From positions 721-64,720 of the forward strand of contig JAWCLB010000001.1 in NCBI GenBank assembly GCA_039091735.1: 64,000 bases of DNA, written 5' to 3'. The notes beneath the pieces are model-generated. The model was not told the DNA's origin and made no database searches. It worked only from the letters and a program-made list of their open reading frames with translations. Every line of letters begins with the position of its first letter. Position 1 is the first letter of the stretch. The translations under genes and the position numbers were made by a program. Shown here one piece after another: positions 49,194-58,911 of this stretch. Source of the stretch: Candidatus Aenigmatarchaeota archaeon (lineage in GTDB: Archaea > Aenigmatarchaeota > Aenigmatarchaeia > GW2011-AR5 > JAHLMP01).

Positions 49194-50834
49194 ATGCTCA
49201 AAAATATTAAAAAAATGCTTAAAAAAGAGGAGAAAATCGAAGAGCAAAGCAGAGCATATCAGATGATTAGAATTCTTAGACCAGAAGCAGCTAAAGAGAA
49301 AAAGAAGACAAAAGAGACGAAGTATCCTAGATTTAAAATTCTATCTACCAGGAAAATCTCAATTTCGAACATACCTCCGGTTCGATATCCGCTCATAGAT
49401 CCATATGCCTTTGCTGTTATAAAAAAAGAGCCATTTGAAAATACATTAGTTTATAGGGTTGGAGAACCCATACTTAATAGAGAGGAGGAGGAAAAATTAA
49501 CCAGACTTAAGCACGGTCTATTACAAACAATCAACATAAGTATGTCTGCTGTGAGAGATGAAACAGGATTAATAGAATTTCTGGAGGAGAAGGTTCAAGA
49601 TCTACTAAGCCAATACGGATTTTCTCTTACCTCTCAACAATACTTGAAAATTATGTATTATATTTATCGTGATTTCGTTGGCCTGAATGAAATAGAGCCA
49701 TTAATGCATGATCCATTTATAGAGGATATAGGAGTAGATGGGGTTGGTATTCCTGTCTATATTGTACACCAAAAGTTTGGGTCATTGAAAACAAACATAA
49801 TTTATAATGATATTGAAAGATTGAGAGAGTTTGTAGTAAAGCTTGCTGAAAGATGCGACAGATATATAAGCTACGCAGAACCGCTGTTGGATGGTACTTT
49901 GCCAGATGGAAGCAGAGTACAAGCCACGCTTACTGGTGACATAACTACGAAGGGGCCTACATTTTCTATAAGAAAATTTAGGGGAGAGCCTCTTTCTCCT
50001 GTTGATATGATAATGTTAAAGACTGCATCCTCTGAACTTATTGCATATTTGTGGTATACTATAGAAGCAAGACGCAACATACTAATATGTGGTGGGACAT
50101 CTACTGGAAAAACCTCGTTTTTGAATGCTATATCGCTTTTCATCTCGCCTGAATCAAAGATTGTTTCCATAGAGGATACAAGAGAGCTTTCACTGCCTCA
50201 CGAGCACTGGATTCCTGGTGTAGCTAGAACAGGTTTTGGTGGAACTAACGTGGGAGAAGTTACAATGTTTGATTTATTACGAGAAAGTTTTAGGCAAAAT
50301 CCAGACTATCTGATTGTGGGCGAGATAAGAGGAAAAGAGGCTTATGTTATGTTTCAAGGTATGGCCTCTGGACACCCATCTTTCAGCACTATTCATGCTG
50401 CAAGTTTGGATGATGTAATTAAAAGGTTAGAATCGCCTCCAATAGAGCTTTCACCATCACTAATAGAGGCGCTCGATATTATAATCGTTATGATTCACGC
50501 TCGCGAAAAGGGTAAGAGCGCCAGAAGAATAAAAGAAGTGATGGAAATACAAAATATCGATAAAGCAACTGGAAGTGCAAACGCTGTTCGTGCATTTGCA
50601 TGGATTCCATCTGAGGATAGAATTGAATACAAAGGGTATTCTTGGGTCTTAAATAAAATCTCGATTGATAAAGGGATACCTATTCGCGAAATCTATCGTG
50701 AGATAGACTGTAGAAAGAGGGTATTGGACTGGCTTGTGAATAAAAATATAAGATCTATAAAAAATGTCTCAAAATACATAGTTATGTATCAAAGGGATAA
50801 AGATCAATTATTAAAAATGATCAGAGAGGGTTAA
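49194..50834 (+). CDS. Type II/IV secretion (pilus assembly) ATPase, FlaI/TadA-like
   Basis: LPDGSRV, FSIRKF, GGTSTGKTS, IEDTREL, RQNPDYLIVGEIRG, STIHA. Confidence 0.92.
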   Translation: MLKNIKKMLKKEEKIEEQSRAYQMIRILRPEAAKEKKKTKETKYPRFKILSTRKISISNIPPVRYPLIDPYAFAVIKKEPFENTLVYRVGEPILNREEEEKLTRLKHGLLQTINISMSAVRDETGLIEFLEEKVQDLLSQYGFSLTSQQYLKIMYYIYRDFVGLNEIEPLMHDPFIEDIGVDGVGIPVYIVHQKFGSLKTNIIYNDIERLREFVVKLAERCDRYISYAEPLLDGTLPDGSRVQATLTGDITTKGPTFSIRKFRGEPLSPVDMIMLKTASSELIAYLWYTIEARRNILICGGTSTGKTSFLNAISLFISPESKIVSIEDTRELSLPHEHWIPGVARTGFGGTNVGEVTMFDLLRESFRQNPDYLIVGEIRGKEAYVMFQGMASGHPSFSTIHAASLDDVIKRLESPPIELSPSLIEALDIIIVMIHAREKGKSARRIKEVMEIQNIDKATGSANAVRAFAWIPSEDRIEYKGYSWVLNKISIDKGIPIREIYREIDCRKRVLDWLVNKNIRSIKNVSKYIVMYQRDKDQLLKMIREG

Positions 50835-51049
50835 GCAGCAAAGAGTTTGCCCGAAAAAGGATATATAACTGCATTTAGTTTTGGTCAAGCATATCCCATC
50901 ATAAGCTTTTATAATTTAATACACATCTGCGTCTATTTCAAGAACAGCCTTTGTAAACAAGTTAAGTTTTTATATATTTAAATTAATACAGAAACAGAAT
51001 CTAACAATAAAGTGCAAATGGTCTGCAAACTCCAAACCCATTATAAAAT

Positions 51050-51218
51050 GCCGGAGTAGCTCAGTTGGTAGGCTTCAATAAAGAGTGCTACGCTCATGTG
51101 TGACATGAGCTCTGATATTATTAATATGAAGATATAGCTGAGAAACGTAGTGGTCGTGGGAGGTTATTCGGCTTTTTATAAAGCTGAAAACCCACGAATT
51201 CAAATCCCACCTCCGGCA
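51050..51218 (+). tRNA. tRNA-Met(CAT), elongator-type, with three introns (51070-51081, 51099-51144, 51161-51198)
   Basis: GCCGGAG/CTCCGGC-A; CTACG/CGTAG anticodon stem; BHB central helices GTTG/CAAT (20/21), CTCA/TGAG (37/38), CGTG/CACG (53/54); mature length 73 nt. Confidence 0.82.
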
Positions 51219-51415
51219 TTTTATCATATTCATTGACGGATTATAACTTGCATGCGATTAAAACTAGAATTGCTACTTCTCATAGACTGGTTAACTATAA
51301 AGGGATTGCAAATAACAACCAAAACTTTAGTGCCTCTGTCTACTGCTGCAATTGATTGACAAGCAAACTGTATGTCAAGACTTTATCAAAATGAAAAGAT
51401 ACGTTAAGTTATTAG

Positions 51416-52372
51416 TCAAACCAACATTACCTGTGCAAGCAATGCCTCTAATTGGATTTGTGGGTTGCAGCCTTCTGCCAATCTAAATTCACATTCACCT
51501 GTTAGCTCTAATATCTTTGCCTTTTTCTTTTCGTCTATCTCTAAATCAAAGATTTGGTTATGAATACCTGTAATTATGTCTTCACCGCTCAGTGCCTGCT
51601 CCCTCAGCAATGATATCAATATTTTTCTTGCATCTTCGAATTTTTGATTTAGTGCAAAGTTCAACATCTTTTTTATGTCTTCTGGGTTTGGATTAGAGAC
51701 AACAGAATAGATAGCTTTGTCGTTAATTATTTTGCCAAGTGTAGATACTGTCTGTAAAGTATTTATTGCTTTTCTCATATCACCCTCGCTTATTCTATAA
51801 AGCGTAGAATAAGATTTTTCATCTATTTTGAGTTTCTCATTTTTTACGATTCTTTCAAGAAATTTTCTCATAGATTTTTCGTCAATTGGAGCAAATTTAA
51901 ATATAGCTGTTCTGGATTGTATTGGTAAAATAATTTTTGAGATAAAATTACATGCAAGTATGAATCTTGTAATTTCTGAAAAGCGTTCCATTGTCCTTCT
52001 TAGTGCCTGTTGGGCATCCCTTGTTAGCGCATCGGCCTCATCAAGATATATGATTTTAAAATCTTTGTTCATGGGTACAGTTCTTGCGAAATCCTTGACC
52101 TTTGTTCTTATGGTATCTATCCCACGCTCGTCTGATGCATTAAGCTCTAAAAAATTTTGGTGCCATCTCTCACCAAAAAAACTCTTTGCAATTACTAATG
52201 CTGTTGTGGTCTTCCCAACACCAGCTGGACCTGAAAAAAGACAATGAGGTAGGGATCTATTTCTTACAAAAGACTCTAATCGCCTTATAATATTGTCTTG
52301 TCCAACAATTTCGTTGAATCTTTTTGGTCTATATTTTTCTGTCCAAATCTCTTCTGCCTCTATATATATCAC
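51416..52372 (-). CDS. rfcS: Replication factor C small subunit
   Basis: WTEKYRP, GPAGVGKTT, ELNASDERG, LDEADALT, IQSR; start may be ATA at 52363. Confidence 0.95.
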   Translation of the reverse strand: MIYIEAEEIWTEKYRPKRFNEIVGQDNIIRRLESFVRNRSLPHCLFSGPAGVGKTTTALVIAKSFFGERWHQNFLELNASDERGIDTIRTKVKDFARTVPMNKDFKIIYLDEADALTRDAQQALRRTMERFSEITRFILACNFISKIILPIQSRTAIFKFAPIDEKSMRKFLERIVKNEKLKIDEKSYSTLYRISEGDMRKAINTLQTVSTLGKIINDKAIYSVVSNPNPEDIKKMLNFALNQKFEDARKILISLLREQALSGEDIITGIHNQIFDLEIDEKKKAKILELTGECEFRLAEGCNPQIQLEALLAQVMLV

Positions 52373-52377
52373 CTCTA

Positions 52378-52560
52378 TTACGCAACACCCTTTCTTTCTT
52401 TTGATTTTGGTCTTAGCTTCTTAGACCCACATTTTCTGCATTTTATCTTTCCTTCTGCAACCTTATATGGATCTGCTCTTATTTTTGCATTGCACTTCAT
52501 ACAAATAAAGACATTTTCAAATAAACGATGCACGACCGCGTCTGGTATCTTCTTTCTCAC
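52378..52560 (-). CDS. rpl40e: 50S ribosomal protein eL40
   Basis: ICMKCNAK..KCRKCGSKKLRPK. Confidence 0.9.
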   Translation of the reverse strand: MRKKIPDAVVHRLFENVFICMKCNAKIRADPYKVAEGKIKCRKCGSKKLRPKSKERKGVA

Positions 52561-53092
52561 AGCAATCACTTAAATATTCTTGATACTTTTCCAGCCATTC
52601 TACTTCATCGCTTCTATATTTTTTTGATTTCAATATATTTAAAATCCTTTTTACAACCGCATCTGAGCTTTTGCCTGTCGTATCAATCTGTAATACCCTC
52701 TTGTTGTTTTGCAATGCCTCCCAATATATGATGCTAAGGATTTCTGCTGATACGTTTTCCCTTACCTTCTCTGAATTCCACCCCCTCCTTTTAAGTCTCT
52801 CTTCCAAATGCTTTGGATCTAGCCGCAATATAAATGCGAGGTCGCTAGGAATGAAATGCGCCAAATGTCCCTCAATTATAACATCTTGCTCGTTTATCAA
52901 TTTTTGAACTCTTTTTTTCAATCTCTTTGGATCTACTATAAGTGTCTTTCTTTTGGCATCATAGCCACAATATAGTTTGTGTTTTTTTATGAATTGAGAT
53001 AATCTTATTAATTTAATCCTCGTCTTTTTGCTCAGCATCTTTGCTATTTTTGTTTTACCGGTTCCTGGTGTCCCTGAGATTGTAATAATCAT
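52517..53092 (-). CDS. Atypical adenylate kinase (AK6/Fap7 family)
   Basis: SGTPGTGKT, IEGHLAH, RLKRRGW..KVRENV.AE. Confidence 0.9.
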   Translation of the reverse strand: MIITISGTPGTGKTKIAKMLSKKTRIKLIRLSQFIKKHKLYCGYDAKRKTLIVDPKRLKKRVQKLINEQDVIIEGHLAHFIPSDLAFILRLDPKHLEERLKRRGWNSEKVRENVSAEILSIIYWEALQNNKRVLQIDTTGKSSDAVVKRILNILKSKKYRSDEVEWLEKYQEYLSDCCEKEDTRRGRASFI

Positions 53093-53127
53093 ATACTTAA
53101 ATATGATATAATTTAATTTTTATAGAT

Positions 53128-53622
53128 ATGAAAATAGAAACCTTTGCATTTATAATCTTTGTTTTGGTTTTATCTAGCCTATGTATAGGCCAAAGGAATT
53201 TGACAAAAATAGATGTAGATGGGCAAACTTACCAATTCAACACAAACCTTTATGATTCAATCAAAATATATGCTGATAATGAATCAAAAATAAAATCGTT
53301 GTTTGATGAATCTGAGAGGATTTGCATAACATTTGATAACTCAAGTCATGAAGACAATTCTCTGTTTGCAGTTATCGCATATAACATTGTATTCAGAGCC
53401 ACGAGATACTACTCGATTCGAGGTATAGAAAAAGAGTTTAGTGTTTGCAATCAAGAACCGAAAATAGAACTCAGAGGACCTAATACAGGGGCAAAGGAAA
53501 ATTCTGTATTGCTTATGAACAGGACTATAATTATTCAAGGCAAGACTTCGAAGGACTTAGAGAAGGCTGGAGATAAATTATCTCTTATCATTCTTGGAAT
53601 AGATAAATTGCCACAAAGTTAG
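53128..53622 (+). CDS. Hypothetical exported protein / putative lipoprotein
   Basis: Signal peptide ending LSSLC. Confidence 0.65.
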   Translation: MKIETFAFIIFVLVLSSLCIGQRNLTKIDVDGQTYQFNTNLYDSIKIYADNESKIKSLFDESERICITFDNSSHEDNSLFAVIAYNIVFRATRYYSIRGIEKEFSVCNQEPKIELRGPNTGAKENSVLLMNRTIIIQGKTSKDLEKAGDKLSLIILGIDKLPQS

Positions 53623-53677
53623 ATAGATTTAATTCGCCTCTTAATAAATTTATAAACTTCGCAGATAAATACAGCTT

Positions 53678-54766
53678 ATGCTAATAGATCTTATCTCAAG
53701 AAATATAATATCAGCAGAGCCAGAAGAAAAAATCTCAGTAGTTTTGGGAAAAATAAAAAAGTATAAAATCCATCAGCTTCCAGTAATCGAAAAAGGAAAA
53801 TTTATTGGAATGATTTTCTTAAATGATATTGTAACAAAGAGTATGAATATTGAAACTACAAAAGTTAAAGCGATAATGAGAACTAATATCCCCACAATAG
53901 ATATAAATTCTTCTTATTTAGATGCAGTTAAGACGATTATTGATAGTGGTGTGAGGGCTCTTCCTGTTTTTGATAAAGAAAGCATAGTAGGCATTATTGC
54001 TGAGACAGACCTTATTCAGCTTGTTAAGGAAAATCCTGCTATAAAAGATGTTATGACAACACCTATCTGTATAAGTAAAGATGATAAAATAGGACGAGTA
54101 AGATATCTTATGAGAGAAAAAAATATCTCAAGACTGCCTATAGTAGATAATGAAGGAAAGCTTGTTGGAGCTATTGACACGCTAGACTTGGCAAATATAA
54201 TGAAACCAAAAGAAAAACAAACTAGGGCAAAAGAGAGCGTAAGCGAAAAATTAACAGATCATGAACTCTCAGTTGGGCTTATTCTACGCAAAACCTTCTC
54301 TGTCAATAAAGAAGCAAGGCTTCATGAAATCATACCTATACTAAAGGAATACGAAGAGGTTATTATAACAGATAATGAAAAGCCTGTTGGAATTATAACA
54401 CCCAAAGATGTCATAGAATTACTTTTACCCAAAAAGGAGAAATACTACATTCAAATAGCTAATATTAGGGAGATAGATGCATCAATAAGACCAAAGATGT
54501 ATGAGATTATTGAAAATTTTTTAGAGAAGGAAAGAAGATTTACTGAAATAGATTTTGTATTTTTATATGTTGACACATACAAAAAAAGAGGAAGAGTAAA
54601 ATATTCATTAAGAGCAAGAGTTAGGACAAACTACGGGTTATTAATAGCAAAGACATCTGGATGGGATGTGCTTACGTGCATTTATGATATAGTCAAAAAG
54701 TTAGAAAGAGAAATAAGAAAAAAGACAAACAAGAGCCTAATGCATAGGAGAATGACAAAAATATAA
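53678..54766 (+). CDS. Four-CBS-domain protein with C-terminal HPF/RaiA-like domain (Hib-like)
   Basis: Four CBS repeats, then IQIANI..KYSLRARV..AKTSGWDVLTCIYDIVKKLEREI. Confidence 0.75.
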   Translation: MLIDLISRNIISAEPEEKISVVLGKIKKYKIHQLPVIEKGKFIGMIFLNDIVTKSMNIETTKVKAIMRTNIPTIDINSSYLDAVKTIIDSGVRALPVFDKESIVGIIAETDLIQLVKENPAIKDVMTTPICISKDDKIGRVRYLMREKNISRLPIVDNEGKLVGAIDTLDLANIMKPKEKQTRAKESVSEKLTDHELSVGLILRKTFSVNKEARLHEIIPILKEYEEVIITDNEKPVGIITPKDVIELLLPKKEKYYIQIANIREIDASIRPKMYEIIENFLEKERRFTEIDFVFLYVDTYKKRGRVKYSLRARVRTNYGLLIAKTSGWDVLTCIYDIVKKLEREIRKKTNKSLMHRRMTKI

Positions 54767-54786
54767 GTAATGGTTTTTTATAAGAA

Positions 54787-55515
54787 ATGAGTATGGAAAA
54801 GCGATTTTGGGAAATAGACTTCTTAAGAGGATTTGCAGTAGTCATGATGATTATCTATCATTTATTTTTTGATTTGAGCTACTTTGGGTATTTTAATATA
54901 AATTCTGCCTTTTGGTGGTGGCTTGCACATGTAATTGCAACTATTTTTATCTTCTTGGTTGGTATATCTTTATCTCTTAGTTTTTCCAGAACTAAGAAAA
55001 TAAGAATGCCTACAAAAGAAATAAGAAAAAAATACCTTAGAAGGGGATTGAAGATATTCTCATTAGGGATGATAATTACCCTAATTACATGGATCTTTAT
55101 GAGGAAGGGATTTGTGCTTTTTGGTGTCCTCCATCTTATTGGAGTTTCAATCATCCTTGCATATCCTTTCTTAAAGCTTCGTTTTCCAAATCTTATACTT
55201 GGTATCACTTTTATATCTCTTGGGCTATACATGAAGAATTTCACGTTTGATTTTCCTTGGCTTCTATGGGCTGGTTTTATGCCTCATCACTTTTATACAA
55301 TTGACTACTTTCCGATTTTGCCTTGGTTTGGAGTAGTTTTAATAGGCTTGTTTTTTGGTAATTTATTGTATCCGAATTATCAAAGAATTGTTAATCTTCC
55401 TGAAGATGATTTTATTACCAAGAGATTTTTCTGTTTTCTTGGCAGAAATTCGTTGCCAATTTATCTTCTCCATCAGCCAATATTAATTACTATTTTATAT
55501 TTTTTGATTGTTTAA
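54787..55515 (+). CDS. DUF1624 / HGSNAT-like membrane acyltransferase domain protein
   Basis: RFWEIDFLRG, MIIYH, FGVLHLIG, DYFPILPW, LGRNSLPIYLLHQP. Confidence 0.88.
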   Translation: MSMEKRFWEIDFLRGFAVVMMIIYHLFFDLSYFGYFNINSAFWWWLAHVIATIFIFLVGISLSLSFSRTKKIRMPTKEIRKKYLRRGLKIFSLGMIITLITWIFMRKGFVLFGVLHLIGVSIILAYPFLKLRFPNLILGITFISLGLYMKNFTFDFPWLLWAGFMPHHFYTIDYFPILPWFGVVLIGLFFGNLLYPNYQRIVNLPEDDFITKRFFCFLGRNSLPIYLLHQPILITILYFLIV

Positions 55516-56978
55516 TTTTTTTGATTGCTTATAATATTTTTTAGATTTTTGATTTCTTCTCTAATCTGTTTTGTTGTATCCCTATTCCGGATAGTTACAG
55601 TATCATCTCTCATGGTCTGAGCATCTATAGTTATTCCCATCAAAGTCCCGATTTCGTCTGCCCTTGCATATCGCTTCCCTATAGAACCCTTATCATCGTA
55701 GAAGACATCAAATTCTGTCCTTAACATCTCATAAATACTCTTGGCCTTTTCTTGGAAACCATTCCTATTAACTAAAGGAAATATTCCCGCAACATAAGGG
55801 CTTATGATATTCGGAAACCTAAACCAATCCCAGCCCCTCTCTCTATCTTTTCTAAAGCAATAAAATAGAATCCCTGCGATTGTCCTTTCTATACCAAAGC
55901 TTGGCTCAACTACATGCGGTATTATTTTCTTTCCATCTTCTGTAGTAATTGTCATGTTTGTTCCGGAATTTTTCATATGATTTCTTAAGTCATAATCATT
56001 TCTGCATGCATTTCCAACAACCTCTTTCCAACCAAAATCAAATCTTATCTCCAAATCAAAATTTCCCGATGAATAGTGTGGGGTCTCTTCTGGAAGCATG
56101 TGTCTAAATCTTAAAGCACTCTCAGGTATTCCAAGCGACTTATAGAAATCAAATTCCTTTGCCAAGAAATATCCAATCCACTCATTTGGTAGAATCTTTT
56201 CATTCAGTGCGTCTTTGACCTTCATCTTCTTATGCTCTTCGTTATTTTTTTGTGCTTCTCTTGTCAAAAGGTTTATTTCTTTATTTTCAATCTCTCCTGT
56301 TGGACATTTTGGGTTTTCTGGATCAAAAAACATCTCTATTTCGCATTGATTGAATTCCCTTAACCTTATAATGAACTGTCTTGGTGAGATTTCATTTCTA
56401 AAAGCATGGCCTACTTGAGCTATGCCAAATGGCAAGCTAACTCTATATGTCTTGTATATCTTTTGAAAGGAGGTGAAAATATTTTGGGCTGTTTCTGGTC
56501 TAAGATAAGCGACATGCTTTCCCATGGGAGAAACCTCTGTCCTAAACATGAGATTAAAGATCTTTACATCAGAAAGCCTGCTACCACATTTTTTACATTT
56601 AATATTATTTTTTCTTATAATATCTGTTAATTCATCTGGTGTCTTACCTCCAAAAAACTTGCACGTAGATTCTATTAATTCATCTGCCTTAAAAACCGAA
56701 TTGCATTTCTCGCAACGAGTTATTGGATCTGTAAAAAAGTCTAAATGCCCGGAAGCCTTTAAAACCGCTTCTGGGAGTATCGTACATCCGTCTATCTCAA
56801 AAACATTATATCCTGCCTTGACAAATGTTCTTCTCCAATAGTCAATGAGTTTTCTCTTTAGCAGAACGCCTATTGGACCATAATCAAAAAATCCAGACAA
56901 TGTAGGATAAATTTCTGCTGTTGGATATATTATTCCTCTTTTGGCGCAAACCTTTTGGACCTCTTCAAAACTTACCAT
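55512..56978 (-). CDS. glyS: Glycine--tRNA ligase (alpha2 type)
   Basis: FDYGPIG, FNLMF, LRPETAQ, FRNEISPR, VVEPSFGIER, SIGKRYARADEIG. Confidence 0.95.
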   Translation of the reverse strand: MVSFEEVQKVCAKRGIIYPTAEIYPTLSGFFDYGPIGVLLKRKLIDYWRRTFVKAGYNVFEIDGCTILPEAVLKASGHLDFFTDPITRCEKCNSVFKADELIESTCKFFGGKTPDELTDIIRKNNIKCKKCGSRLSDVKIFNLMFRTEVSPMGKHVAYLRPETAQNIFTSFQKIYKTYRVSLPFGIAQVGHAFRNEISPRQFIIRLREFNQCEIEMFFDPENPKCPTGEIENKEINLLTREAQKNNEEHKKMKVKDALNEKILPNEWIGYFLAKEFDFYKSLGIPESALRFRHMLPEETPHYSSGNFDLEIRFDFGWKEVVGNACRNDYDLRNHMKNSGTNMTITTEDGKKIIPHVVEPSFGIERTIAGILFYCFRKDRERGWDWFRFPNIISPYVAGIFPLVNRNGFQEKAKSIYEMLRTEFDVFYDDKGSIGKRYARADEIGTLMGITIDAQTMRDDTVTIRNRDTTKQIREEIKNLKNIISNQKN

Positions 56979-57023
56979 AGAATAAATTTAACTTTTTAAA
57001 ATTTAAAAGAGCAAAAGAAACTT

Positions 57024-58886
57024 ATGAAACTTTTAACAATCGTCTTCATTATCTTTTTTGTAAGCACATGCTTTGCATATGAATCTCAGGTTACAATGTA
57101 TGTGCCTGCTGTTGAGAATGTAGATGGTAAACAAAGAGGAGTTCTGGCTGTATTGCATACTTCTATTAGACCAGGAAATGGTCATATCTTCGTAGATACT
57201 CTTCCCCTCACAGAAATAGATACACAGGCAGGAGCAAGAATGGCAAGAGAGGCAGTTGAATCAATATTAGATATAGACCTATATGAATATGACCTCTTTT
57301 TCGTTATTCGCTCAGATGCTCCTGTTGTAGGTGGGCCTTCAGCGAGCGGGGCAATGGCTGCTGGAATAGTTGCATCTCTTCTAAATTTAAGCATTGATAC
57401 CTCTGTTGTAATGACTGGTACAATAAATACAGATGGGAGCATTGGTCATGTCAGTGGTTTGATAGAAAAGGCCCAAGCAGTAGCTGAACATAACGGAACA
57501 ATATTTTTAATTCCTGAAGGTCAGAGAATTGTTTATACTCAGATAGGAGACCAGAGCTCTAAGATTGATCTAAAGGAATATGCAATGGAAAAATGGAATC
57601 TGAGTGTTATTGAGGTAAAGGACATAAAAGAAGCAATAAAATACATGACTGGCTATGAAATTAAATTTAAAGAAACAGAGCTCAAGGAAGATAAAAAAAT
57701 CAAAGAAGTTATGAAGGGATTAGCAACTGACTTTATAAATGAGATTGAAAATAAGATTAATACAATCAAAAATAAAATAAAGGTAGCGAGGCTTAGCTAC
57801 ACAGATGAACAAGAATTCAACAAAAAACTAGAAGAGCAGGAAGAAAAATTTAAAGAAGCCAAAGACTTGTACAAAAACGAGAGTTATTATTCAGCCTCAA
57901 GTTATTGCTTTTCAATATCAATACAACTTACATCTTTAGAGAATATGCTCGAATTTATTGGGGGTGGGCAAAAAGAGAGATTATTAGAAAATATGTTAAT
58001 GGATACAAACGAAAAAATAAAACAGATAACAGACAAAATAGAAGATTCCAAAAGCAGAATAGATAATGTAACTGATATAGAAATTATTTCTATTGCCGAA
58101 GAAAGGATAAGCGAATCCAAAAATTATCTAAAGGATGCCTGGAAAAATTTCTATAATGCAAAATACGTAGACTCTATTTATCATCTAAGCTATGCTTCTG
58201 AAAGAGCCAAAACAGCAGAAAGGTGGCTTTCATTAACAGCATCTTTCATTGGCCATAATTTGAGCTTTGATTTCTCAAAACTTGATGGTCTAACACAAGA
58301 CAGAATTTCTGAAGCAACATCTCTTGTTGCTTATGCGCAAGTGCTTAATATTGATGCTACTACAGCAGATAAATTTTTGAAGAATGCTAAGGAGGATTAT
58401 GAAAACAAATTATACTCTTCTGCGTTATTTAACGCCATTAGCTCAAAATCTGAGATAGACATTGCTATGATAAGAAAAAATTTGAATGAAAGCAAATTAA
58501 AAGAAAGTATATCAAAAGCAAAAAATGATGCGATTAGGAATATCAAAGAGGCATATGATTATGGGATAAATCCTATATTGGCGGTTAACTACTATGAATA
58601 TGCCGAAAGTCTGAGTGATACTGATCCAATAGCCTCATTAACATATTTGATTTATGCCAAAAATTTTGCAAAGACATCTAAAAATCTGTTAAAAGTTTAT
58701 AAGGGTGTAGAATTTGGCTTTAAAATAGAAAAAATCGAAATAACACCTACTAAGCATACTATATATGAGGAGAAAAACTACTATGTTATTTTTGGGTTCT
58801 TTTTTGTCGGTCTTGTTATAGGTTTTATAATTAGTCAAATATATAAGAAAAGGTACAAAAAGCAGAGAGAACATAAAGTCTTATAA
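57024..58886 (+). CDS. Secreted, membrane-anchored Lon-like (S16) serine protease without ATPase domain
   Basis: Signal peptide, GGPSASG, MTGTINTDGSIG, GLIEKA, long helical region, C-terminal TM. Confidence 0.85.
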   Translation: MKLLTIVFIIFFVSTCFAYESQVTMYVPAVENVDGKQRGVLAVLHTSIRPGNGHIFVDTLPLTEIDTQAGARMAREAVESILDIDLYEYDLFFVIRSDAPVVGGPSASGAMAAGIVASLLNLSIDTSVVMTGTINTDGSIGHVSGLIEKAQAVAEHNGTIFLIPEGQRIVYTQIGDQSSKIDLKEYAMEKWNLSVIEVKDIKEAIKYMTGYEIKFKETELKEDKKIKEVMKGLATDFINEIENKINTIKNKIKVARLSYTDEQEFNKKLEEQEEKFKEAKDLYKNESYYSASSYCFSISIQLTSLENMLEFIGGGQKERLLENMLMDTNEKIKQITDKIEDSKSRIDNVTDIEIISIAEERISESKNYLKDAWKNFYNAKYVDSIYHLSYASERAKTAERWLSLTASFIGHNLSFDFSKLDGLTQDRISEATSLVAYAQVLNIDATTADKFLKNAKEDYENKLYSSALFNAISSKSEIDIAMIRKNLNESKLKESISKAKNDAIRNIKEAYDYGINPILAVNYYEYAESLSDTDPIASLTYLIYAKNFAKTSKNLLKVYKGVEFGFKIEKIEITPTKHTIYEEKNYYVIFGFFFVGLVIGFIISQIYKKRYKKQREHKVL

Positions 58887-58911
58887 ACTTTTTCTGTGAA
58901 TATATTTTTCT

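Noticed and set aside
48864..49247. 127-aa minus-strand ORF
   Set aside because: Antisense to the eS26-like gene, with no recognisable motifs.
51093..51145. Phe(GAA), His(GTG) or Thr(TGT) identity for the 51050 tRNA
   Set aside because: These triplets need splice registers with no BHB support; CTCA/TGAG supports CAT.
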